Positions 1 through 7,152 of a stretch of 53,191 nucleotides of DNA are shown piece by piece. How positions within the stretch are numbered: position 1 is the stretch's first letter; the number at the start of each line of letters is the position of its first letter. Origin of the DNA: Minisyncoccota bacterium (GTDB lineage Bacteria; Patescibacteriota; Minisyncoccia; UBA6257; JAVHQB01); contig DAONGQ010000004.1 in assembly GCA_035404205.1 (NCBI GenBank), positions 1 through 53,191 on the forward strand. Reading direction: 5' to 3'. The notes under the pieces were generated by a model, which was given only the letters and a program-made list of their open reading frames with translations, did no database searches and had not been told where the DNA came from. Both the position numbers and the translations under genes were made by a program.

Positions 1-206
1 GTTACAGAGGGCGTGTGGCTATTTATGAAGTTTTAAATATTAGCGAGCCCATGCGCTTATATATCCAGAAGCCGGAATTCTCTTTGGATGGATTGCGCGC
101 TATGGCTGCCAAAGAAGGCATGATTTCCATGTTTGAAGACGGTCTTCGCAAAGCAGAATTGGGCCAGACTACTATTGAGGAATTGTTCAGAGTCATAAAA
201 GAATAA
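1..206 (+). CDS. GspE/PilB-family type II secretion / type IV pilus ATPase, C-terminal fragment (5' end lies outside the window)
   Basis: The frame is open from the window edge (YRGRVAIYEVL...). The tail GR.AIYEVL...MR..I......L...A...GM.SM.EDGL.KA..G.TT.EE..RV matches the conserved C-terminus of GspE/PilB ATPases. Confidence 0.7.
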   Translation, partial: YRGRVAIYEVLNISEPMRLYIQKPEFSLDGLRAMAAKEGMISMFEDGLRKAELGQTTIEELFRVIKE

Positions 207-277
207 CTATAGTTTATAAAGTTTATCAAGTTTTTAAAGTTTATAAAGTAGAAGATAGAACAAAAAAATAAAAATTT

Positions 278-302
278 AAAATCACCCTGATGGGTGATTT
301 TT
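278..302 (+). terminator. Rho-independent terminator
   Basis: Stem ATCACCC / GGGTGAT with loop TGAT, flanked by an A-run and followed by TTTTT. Confidence 0.7.
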
Positions 303-478
303 GTTTATTAATTTTTTATAGAATCAAAATATATTTTACGGAAGCGGAGCTTCCGTAACGGAGGCCTCGCTTCCGCAAAACCATAAAAACTATTGACTTT
401 TGCCACCTTTTTAAGGCAATAATAAATTGCATTATTTTTTAAATGGTTTTGCGTTTCGCAAAACAAAAAATATTAACT

Positions 479-973
479 ATGCATAAAAAATATTGGTTAT
501 TGGTAGGTATTTTGGGCGGGGCAATTATTTTGGGAATATTAATATATGCAGGCGTTAAAATAGTGCCAAGCTTAATGGCTCAGAGGAAGTTTAGCGAGCT
601 GAAAACAAATCTTCTTAGCGATGACAATGGCGGGGCCACCCCCATAGAAACTATTAAACTTTTTAAATCAGCCCTAGAACAAGGTGATTTGCAAAAAGCT
701 AGCAAATATTTTGTTTATGAAGAGCAAGCTGGAATACTAGAAGACCTGAACAAGCTTGTAGCCAAAGGAGAAAAAACTGTTTTATTAGATTATTTGAGCC
801 AAATTATAGATGATAAAAACCCTAAGAGAGAATACATAACCGATAGTCCCGACATGGTGACCATAAATATTTTAAGCGATAAACCAAATTTTAGAGAATT
901 TTCAGTAGAACTAAGACGCCCCGGTAATGATATAACAGGAACTTATAAAACTTGGAAAATCAAATCGATGTAA
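479..973 (+). CDS. Hypothetical N-terminally membrane-anchored protein
   Basis: ORF 443..973. ATG 479 (MHKKYWLLVGILGGAIILGILIYAGV) is the likely start because 443-478 overlaps a hairpin. One TM helix, no recognisable catalytic motif. Confidence 0.5.
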   Translation: MHKKYWLLVGILGGAIILGILIYAGVKIVPSLMAQRKFSELKTNLLSDDNGGATPIETIKLFKSALEQGDLQKASKYFVYEEQAGILEDLNKLVAKGEKTVLLDYLSQIIDDKNPKREYITDSPDMVTINILSDKPNFREFSVELRRPGNDITGTYKTWKIKSM

Positions 974-988
974 AACATCGATTTTTAA

Positions 989-3900
989 ATGCCCTATATT
1001 TATTGTTTTATGAAATACTTTATTTTTATTTGTGTTTGTTTCGGTTTGACTTTAATACCCGTCTATTCTGGCTTAGCCTATGCGCCCTTAACGACACACT
1101 CAGGCTTAACAGAAAATATAGCTAATTTTTATAATTTTTCTGCTCCTAAGAAAATCACTGATACCCAGATGGAATGGCTTATACAGGGAAGCCAGAATGA
1201 AGATAATGGCTTAAGATGTTTGAATCATGCTTATGACCCTATTTATAACCGGGGTTGGCATCTTTCCCTTATTAATACTGATATTGGCTATACTTCCAAG
1301 GAATGGTCTCAATCAGAAAATGCCCAAATAGCTTTCGGGGCTATGGATTTTTCAGCCATCCGAGACACTTGGCAATCTCTTTGGCTCGGTCCTAATAATC
1401 TTGATAGTAATCAAACATGGAACAAAGCTATTTATGAATATCTGAGCGGACATGAAAAAGAAGCCTTCGTGGCCTTAGGGCATGTGTTGCATTTGATAGA
1501 AGATGCTACTGTGCCAGCTCACGTTAGAGCTAATTCTCATCCCGACATATTGGGAAAATATTCATGGAGTGACTATGAACAAAGAGCTAAAATATACGAT
1601 AGGGCTATTCTTAAAAATTATGCCACTGCCTTAAAAAAACAAGGTTTAACTTCTTCAAAATTTGATAGCCTTAACAGTCTTTTCGATGACTTGGCGAGCA
1701 AGGTAAATCATTATTACTATAGCGATGATACTATCAGAAGCAGTGAATATAAGTATCCTCAGCCAGAATACGAGGGAGAACTGCCTGAAGGCTATTTTGT
1801 TATGGGGCAAGATTATAACGGAAAAACGATTCATTTAGCCTATAAACAATCAGGGGTGGGGTATAGAGTGAAATCTGGTTTAGATGTTTATACCCTTAAC
1901 AATGACATTGTTTTCAAAGACTATTGGCAGAGTTTGTCTCCCTTAGCTGTTTCCTATGGCAGTAGCGCTATTGACTTGTTTTTTAAAGAAGTGCAAAAGG
2001 CCGCTCAAGAAAAAGACTATCTTGCCCAAAATAATCAAAGCGCTTTAACTAAATTAGCGGCTAATCTTTTGAATTTAACGGTAAACCTAAATAGTGGGCC
2101 AACAAATACCCCAGTTTCTACCTATCCGAGCAATAGCAGTGCCACTCCTGAAACTTCCCTAACTACATTGAAAGCTACTACTAGCACTACTAAGACTAAA
2201 ATTACTGCCACTACTAAAACGGTTGTGTCGACTGCGACGACTAGACCCACTACTACCACTACTAAAAAGACCACTACGACTACGACTACAACTAAACCGA
2301 CAACTACCACCACTACTAAATTAAAACTTGCTAGCTGTTCTTTTAGCTCAACGAATTTTAATGCTAGTCAAACGGTTATTTTAAACGAAATTGCTTGGAT
2401 GGGAAGTGCGCACAGTGCGAATGATGAATGGATTGAATTAAAAAATTTAACCAACCAAAATGTTAATATTGGACAATGGCAGATAATTAGTAAAACTGGC
2501 AATATAAATATTATCTTGCCATCCAATACAATTATTCCAGCCCATGGGTTTTATTTGCTAGAGAGGACCGATGAGACTAGCGCGCCTTATACGTCTAGCG
2601 ACTTTATCTATTCGGGGTCTTTAAATAATTCTAACGATGGTTTGAAATTATTTGCTAGCCAGTGTTCTTTAATGGACACAGTCTTAGCCGATTCTACTTG
2701 GCCGGCTGGAGATGTCAGTTCTAAGAGGTCGATGGAAAGAGGCAGTGATTTAACCTGGCATACTTACAGTTATGCTACTAGCCTTAACGATGTTTTCGGC
2801 ACGCCCAAAGCGGAGAACAGCCCCTCCGGTTGGGTGCCACCTTCTAATACTAATAATGGAACCTCCAATAACCCCCCTGCCACAACTACTACTGCTTCTA
2901 CCGCTACAACTATACCAACTCAAGAAACGACGACGACTACAGTTCCTGTTTGTTCTAGTAATATTTTGGAGAATAATCCACAAGTTATTTTCAATGAAAT
3001 CGCTTGGATGGGGAGCGCGCACAGTGTGAATGATGAATGGATAGAATTGAAAAATATTAGTGATAATAGTGTAGATATTTCTTCCTGGCAAATACTAGAT
3101 AAAACAGGGAACATTAAGATCATTATCCCGACAGGGACAACTCTGCCTGCTCATCAGTTATGGCTTTTAGAAAGAACTAATGATGATTCTGTGCCCGAAG
3201 TGGCAGCTGACCTAATTTATACAGGCGCCCTTAATAATGAAAACGAAATTTTAAGTTTTTATGACGCTGGTTGCAGATTAATGGACCAAGCTAAAGCGGA
3301 CCCCAATTGGTTAGCGGGAAATAGGGAAAGCTTTAAAACTATGGAAAGAGGCAGTGATTTAACTTGGCATACTTACTGTGGCGAATCTGGGTACGGTTCT
3401 CCGAGAGAAGAAAACTCCCTTAATTGCTCTGCGCCTGTTAATACGACTACAACTACAACTACAATGCCGATTAATAATGAACCCGGTGACAATTTGTATC
3501 CTAGCCTCGAATGGAACTGGCATACTCCTACGGAGAAAAAAGCTTATTTAAAAGTTAAAAAGAGCGAATTACTAACCCCAGTAAATAATCAAGAAATTAA
3601 AGCAGTGGTCTTTTATCTAAATCAAGATCCTCCTAGCGGAGATAAATATGATTATGTCAGTTGGAGCCAGCCCAGTGAATGGGGCGTGCGGCAAGGAGAT
3701 AATCAAAAAGCGTTGCTGCTCATTTATTCGGGGCCCTATAGCGTCACTAGTAGCAGTGTTTTACTTTTGGCTAAACCGGAAGCTAGTCAATCTAATCCTA
3801 ATAATAGCCGCAACTATCAAGATTATTACCAAGAAAATATTTGGGTAGAAACCTATGGCTATATAGATGATTTTGGGAGTCATGGCTTTGGAGAGCAGCC

Positions 3901-4888
3901 CTTGACCAATCATGACTATATAACTGTTGCCACCTATGGTTTGGCAGACGAGGGAACGCATTTAAAACTGCTCAAAGCGGATAATTATCGCCATTACTTC
4001 AAGGATAGTTATTTTGAAGTTCCTAGCATGGATGCGCAATCTTTGTCTTTGAATTATGATTCTACTACTAGCGGCATAAGGATTAAATTTAAACCAGCCA
4101 TGGACCATAATGTATCACCCCAATCTGTTCAATATGGAGTATTTTTAGATAGCCAAGAGGGAAGAGAAATGAGCAGTTATTGCAATTGGGGCCGATATTT
4201 CCAAATAAATGATAGCGAGACTGGCTTAAGATTAGACGCAGATGGATATTACAATATCTTTCTTAAAAATAGTGAATTTGATACAGGAGATAATCGCTTT
4301 AAAGATACTATTTTTTATGGCGCTATTGCGGCGACTGACGAATTAGGTTTTCAAGGCGTTAAACTCAGTTTGGGCAATATCACTGTGCCCAAGCTGATTC
4401 CAGACCAGCAGCCGCTCAGTGATTATATTCAAAATGTTCAGTTACATTTCCAAACCAATCCTCCAGAATCAGGTACCGGTCAACATTTATTTTTAGACTT
4501 TGACGTGGTGAAACAGCCTGAATATCCTTCCACCAATACTAATTTCTTCCTCACTTTTAAATGGCATAGTCTTAATAATAGTAGTATAGGCGGCCTACTA
4601 TCTATTCCATGGGAGACTTTTTGTCCTCCAGGACAATATTGTGGCGGAGAAATCAGCTATGGCTCAAGGGGTATACCATTTGAAAATAAGCATTACAGTA
4701 TTCTTTTAACTAATATTTCCAATAATTCTCAACCTGGTAGTTATAATTTTCAAAATAATGATGGCTTGACGCCGGACAATTTAAAATCTCTAGGAATTGC
4801 AGATTTGTCTCAAATAAAATTAGATATGAGTTATGAGGTAGCCAGCTCTTATGGTAATTGGTATTTTATTACCCCCAAGCTTAATTAA
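989..4888 (+). CDS. Giant secreted/surface protein: signal peptide, PLC/P1-nuclease-superfamily-like Zn domain, Thr-rich linkers, two lamin-tail domains (LTD), ~480-aa unassigned C-terminal region
   Basis: 1299-aa ORF with an alternative start at ATG 1010 (MKYFIFICVCFGLTLIPVYSGLAYA looks like a signal peptide). LGHVLHLIEDATVPAHV resembles the H-x3-D-x4-P-x-H zinc motif of Zn-dependent phospholipase C / S1-P1 nucleases. Two copies of NEIAWMGSAHS.NDEWIELKN are typical of LTD domains. Confidence 0.75.
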   Translation: MPYIYCFMKYFIFICVCFGLTLIPVYSGLAYAPLTTHSGLTENIANFYNFSAPKKITDTQMEWLIQGSQNEDNGLRCLNHAYDPIYNRGWHLSLINTDIGYTSKEWSQSENAQIAFGAMDFSAIRDTWQSLWLGPNNLDSNQTWNKAIYEYLSGHEKEAFVALGHVLHLIEDATVPAHVRANSHPDILGKYSWSDYEQRAKIYDRAILKNYATALKKQGLTSSKFDSLNSLFDDLASKVNHYYYSDDTIRSSEYKYPQPEYEGELPEGYFVMGQDYNGKTIHLAYKQSGVGYRVKSGLDVYTLNNDIVFKDYWQSLSPLAVSYGSSAIDLFFKEVQKAAQEKDYLAQNNQSALTKLAANLLNLTVNLNSGPTNTPVSTYPSNSSATPETSLTTLKATTSTTKTKITATTKTVVSTATTRPTTTTTKKTTTTTTTTKPTTTTTTKLKLASCSFSSTNFNASQTVILNEIAWMGSAHSANDEWIELKNLTNQNVNIGQWQIISKTGNINIILPSNTIIPAHGFYLLERTDETSAPYTSSDFIYSGSLNNSNDGLKLFASQCSLMDTVLADSTWPAGDVSSKRSMERGSDLTWHTYSYATSLNDVFGTPKAENSPSGWVPPSNTNNGTSNNPPATTTTASTATTIPTQETTTTTVPVCSSNILENNPQVIFNEIAWMGSAHSVNDEWIELKNISDNSVDISSWQILDKTGNIKIIIPTGTTLPAHQLWLLERTNDDSVPEVAADLIYTGALNNENEILSFYDAGCRLMDQAKADPNWLAGNRESFKTMERGSDLTWHTYCGESGYGSPREENSLNCSAPVNTTTTTTTMPINNEPGDNLYPSLEWNWHTPTEKKAYLKVKKSELLTPVNNQEIKAVVFYLNQDPPSGDKYDYVSWSQPSEWGVRQGDNQKALLLIYSGPYSVTSSSVLLLAKPEASQSNPNNSRNYQDYYQENIWVETYGYIDDFGSHGFGEQPLTNHDYITVATYGLADEGTHLKLLKADNYRHYFKDSYFEVPSMDAQSLSLNYDSTTSGIRIKFKPAMDHNVSPQSVQYGVFLDSQEGREMSSYCNWGRYFQINDSETGLRLDADGYYNIFLKNSEFDTGDNRFKDTIFYGAIAATDELGFQGVKLSLGNITVPKLIPDQQPLSDYIQNVQLHFQTNPPESGTGQHLFLDFDVVKQPEYPSTNTNFFLTFKWHSLNNSSIGGLLSIPWETFCPPGQYCGGEISYGSRGIPFENKHYSILLTNISNNSQPGSYNFQNNDGLTPDNLKSLGIADLSQIKLDMSYEVASSYGNWYFITPKLN
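2101..2322 (+). repeat. Thr-rich low-complexity linker (ACT/ACC/ACG codon runs) inside the giant protein
   Basis: The translation is TTSTTKTKITATTKTVVSTATTRPTTTTTKKTTTTTTTTKPTTTTTT. It generates a mirror poly-Val ORF on the minus strand. Confidence 0.9.
2375..2767 (+). repeat. Internal protein repeat 1 (lamin-tail domain copy 1)
   Basis: VILNEIAWMGSAHSANDEWIELKN...MERGSDLTWHTY is roughly half identical to copy 2 at the aa level, judged by eye. Confidence 0.8.
2984..3376 (+). repeat. Internal protein repeat 2 (lamin-tail domain copy 2)
   Basis: VIFNEIAWMGSAHSVNDEWIELKN...MERGSDLTWHTY. Confidence 0.8.
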
Positions 4889-5045
4889 CCTAATCTCTGT
4901 CTGGAGAATAACTATTGAGGCAGTGAGGCACTTATCTTAATAGACCCCTAAGAGCATGAAATTATTAAAAAATAGGCACAAGTTTCACTGCTAATGGCAT
5001 ATTAGTCTTGCTTCCAATCCTTGTCGAGTGTTACAATAACTGTCT

Positions 5046-5651
5046 ATGAAATTGACACCGAGAATAAGCGAAGCGATAAACTACGCTAGTAAGTTACACT
5101 GTAAACAGTTCAGAAAAGGGAATCCAACTTTACCATACATCAGCCATCTTTTTGCTGTGGCGTGTATTGTTTCAGAATATACGGACGATGAAGATGTTAT
5201 AATCGCCGGACTTTTACATGACTCACTAGAGGATGTAGAAGGCTATACTTATGAGCAATTGGAGAGTGATTTCGGCAGAAGAGTGGCTGATATAGTTAAA
5301 GATGTAAGCGAATGCAAAACAGCCAATGACAGCACGGACAAAAAATTAACTTGGGAGGAAAGAAAACAAAAGTATATAGAACACTTGCAAACTGCCGGCG
5401 CGGATTCGTTAATTGTTTGCGGAGCTGATAAAATTCACAATGCCGCTTCCTATATCTCTGATTATAAAGCTATTGGCCCCTCTATGTGGGAAAGGTTTAA
5501 TGCTTCGCCAGAAAAGAAAATTGCCTTTTATTCTACTATCGCTGGCATATTAAAAACTCATCTGGATAATGATATGGGCGACAGAATTCAAGGGCAGTTA
5601 GATATTTTAAAAAGTCTATTGCCAGTAGAAGCCGAAATCAACGCCATCTAG
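5046..5651 (+). CDS. HD-domain (p)ppGpp hydrolase-like protein (small alarmone hydrolase, RelA/SpoT hydrolase-domain family)
   Basis: A..YA.K.H..Q.RKG...PYI.H...VA.IV......D..VI.AGLLHD.LEDV is the signature of the SpoT/Mesh1 HD hydrolase domain. The protein is only 201 aa and has no synthetase domain. Confidence 0.7.
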   Translation: MKLTPRISEAINYASKLHCKQFRKGNPTLPYISHLFAVACIVSEYTDDEDVIIAGLLHDSLEDVEGYTYEQLESDFGRRVADIVKDVSECKTANDSTDKKLTWEERKQKYIEHLQTAGADSLIVCGADKIHNAASYISDYKAIGPSMWERFNASPEKKIAFYSTIAGILKTHLDNDMGDRIQGQLDILKSLLPVEAEINAI

Positions 5652-5655
5652 AAAT

Positions 5656-5684
5656 TTGGTAAGAACAGGCTCGGGTGCTATAAT
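5656..5684 (+). promoter_or_regulatory. Sigma70-type promoter with extended -10
   Basis: TTGGTA, 17-nt spacer containing TGc, then TATAAT (5679-5684), 22 nt before ATG 5707. Confidence 0.5.
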
Positions 5685-5706
5685 GTGGTCAAATTAAATT
5701 AACCTT

Positions 5707-5949
5707 ATGAACATAAAAGTCTATTGTACGCCTAATTGCCCCTGGTGCGCTGCGGCCAAAGATTATCTTAGAAATCACGGTTTTGAGTTTGAAGAAATTG
5801 ACGTATCTACAGACCCATTACTAGCCGAAGAGCTTATAAAAAAAAGCGGACAAATGGGGGTGCCTGTTATAGAAATAGATGATGAATTGATTATAGGTTT
5901 TAATAAAGAAAGACTAAACGAAGTGCTTAATATCAAGGAGGAAAAATAA
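5707..5949 (+). CDS. Glutaredoxin-like protein (YruB/NrdH-like small thioredoxin-fold redoxin)
   Basis: 80 aa with a CPWC active site, ...GVPVI.I....I.GF, and typical glutaredoxin length. Confidence 0.8.
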   Translation: MNIKVYCTPNCPWCAAAKDYLRNHGFEFEEIDVSTDPLLAEELIKKSGQMGVPVIEIDDELIIGFNKERLNEVLNIKEEK

Positions 5950-5958
5950 AAATAAAGG

Positions 5959-5982
5959 GGCGGCTTAAAAGCCGTCTTTTTT
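5959..5982 (+). terminator. Rho-independent terminator
   Basis: Stem GGCGGC / GCCGTC (one G-U pair), 6-nt loop, then TTTTTT. Confidence 0.65.
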
Positions 5983-5984
5983 GT

Positions 5985-5993
5985 TGCTATAAT
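5985..5993 (+). promoter_or_regulatory. Extended -10 element (TGcTATAAT) giving a probably leaderless transcript
   Basis: TATAAT at 5988-5993 ends 6 nt before ATG 6000. There is no good -35. Confidence 0.4.
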
Positions 5994-5999
5994 ACATAC

Positions 6000-6485
6000 A
6001 TGATGAAGAAAGGAAACTGTGAGATAGTTGGTGTTCTTGTCAATATCAGAAGCCTCTACAATGTGGGTTCAATTTTTAGAACTTCGGATGCCTGCGGTAT
6101 AAAAAAGCTTTATCTTGTAGGTTTTACTCCTACTCCAGAACATCCTAAATTGCACAAAACAGCCTTGGGGGCGGAAAATAAAATCGAGTGGGAAAAAACT
6201 CGCATGGCTTCTAATCTTATTAAAAAACTAAAAAAGGAAGGTTATAAAATAGTGGCTCTGGAAACTGGGGAAGAAAGTCTTGACCTTTATAGCTACCGTC
6301 CTAGTGCCAAAATAGCCTTAATTGTGGGGAACGAGATAAAAGGTATATCCAAAGCTACTCTTAAAGCCTGCGATGCCGTACTCAAAATTCCCATGGAGGG
6401 AATGAAAGAATCTCTCAATGTTGAAGTGGCCTTTGCTTTAGGAGCGTATCAGCTTAAATACGGTCACAGTAAAAAAATGATATAA
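6000..6485 (+). CDS. SpoU/TrmH-family RNA 2'-O-methyltransferase
   Basis: N.GSI.RT.DA.G......VG at the N-terminus and LIVGNE..G......C.....IPM.G...SLNV..A at the C-terminus are SpoU-MTase motifs. Confidence 0.8.
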   Translation: MMKKGNCEIVGVLVNIRSLYNVGSIFRTSDACGIKKLYLVGFTPTPEHPKLHKTALGAENKIEWEKTRMASNLIKKLKKEGYKIVALETGEESLDLYSYRPSAKIALIVGNEIKGISKATLKACDAVLKIPMEGMKESLNVEVAFALGAYQLKYGHSKKMI

Positions 6486-6600
6486 TAGCTATATAAGTTC
6501 TTAAAGTTTATAAAGTTCATAAAGCAAGAATTTGGAATAGGGAATCTGGAGAAAGGCTACATTCATTCTAAATTCCAATTTCTAAATTCCACATTCACAT

Positions 6601-7131
6601 ATGTCTCCAAAAATTATATTCATAATAGCCAAAAAATATTTCAAAGACGAAGAATACTTCGTGCCGAAGGAGATTTTAGAACGGGCCGGTTTTTTTGTGG
6701 AAACAGTTGCTCAAGAGAAGGGATTAGCTGAGGGGGTAGACGGGGGAGAAGCTTTAGTTGATGCCTCTTTAAGAAATGTGGATTTGGAATCAGCCGTAGC
6801 CGTAGTTTTAGCTGGCGGTGGGGGTGCCCAAGTTTATTTTGAAGACAAACTTGTGCATAATTTGCTTGCTGAAGCTAATAAACAAGGAAAAATTATAGGC
6901 GCTATCTGCATAGCCCCTACCATCTTGGCCAAAGCGGGCATTCTGAATGGCAAGAAAGCCACAGTTTGGTCTAGCCCTCTTGATAAAAAATTTGTTAAAA
7001 TACTAGAGGAAAACGGATGTGTTTACTTGCCCCAACCCGTGGTTCAAGATGGAAATATTATTACCGCCAACGGACCAGAGGCTGCTGCAGATTTTGCCCA
7101 AGCGCTTGTGTCTAAACTTAAAAATAATTAA
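6601..7131 (+). CDS. DJ-1/PfpI-family protein
   Basis: IGAICIAP..LA.AG.L.GKKAT carries the nucleophile-elbow Cys. The 176-aa length fits. Confidence 0.8.
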   Translation: MSPKIIFIIAKKYFKDEEYFVPKEILERAGFFVETVAQEKGLAEGVDGGEALVDASLRNVDLESAVAVVLAGGGGAQVYFEDKLVHNLLAEANKQGKIIGAICIAPTILAKAGILNGKKATVWSSPLDKKFVKILEENGCVYLPQPVVQDGNIITANGPEAAADFAQALVSKLKNN

Positions 7132-7152
7132 AAATAGAATAAATTTATCTTC

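Noticed and set aside
211-255. DnaA-box cluster or replication origin, suggested by the 9-mer repeats.
   Set aside because: The reverse complement TTATAAACT matches the TTATCCACA consensus at only about 6 of 9 positions. DnaA boxes are not normally perfectly head to tail, and no dnaA/dnaN is nearby.
2122-2313. 63-aa minus-strand ORF made of Val/Gly/Leu runs.
   Set aside because: It is the reverse-complement mirror of the ACT/ACC Thr-codon linker of the giant protein, so it is a compositional artefact.
2772-3029. Same-strand alternate-frame ORFs (2772-3029, 3648-3848, 19457-19645, 23144-23350, 23972-24160, 35486-35683).
   Set aside because: They are embedded out of frame in longer, better-supported CDS and have low-complexity translations.
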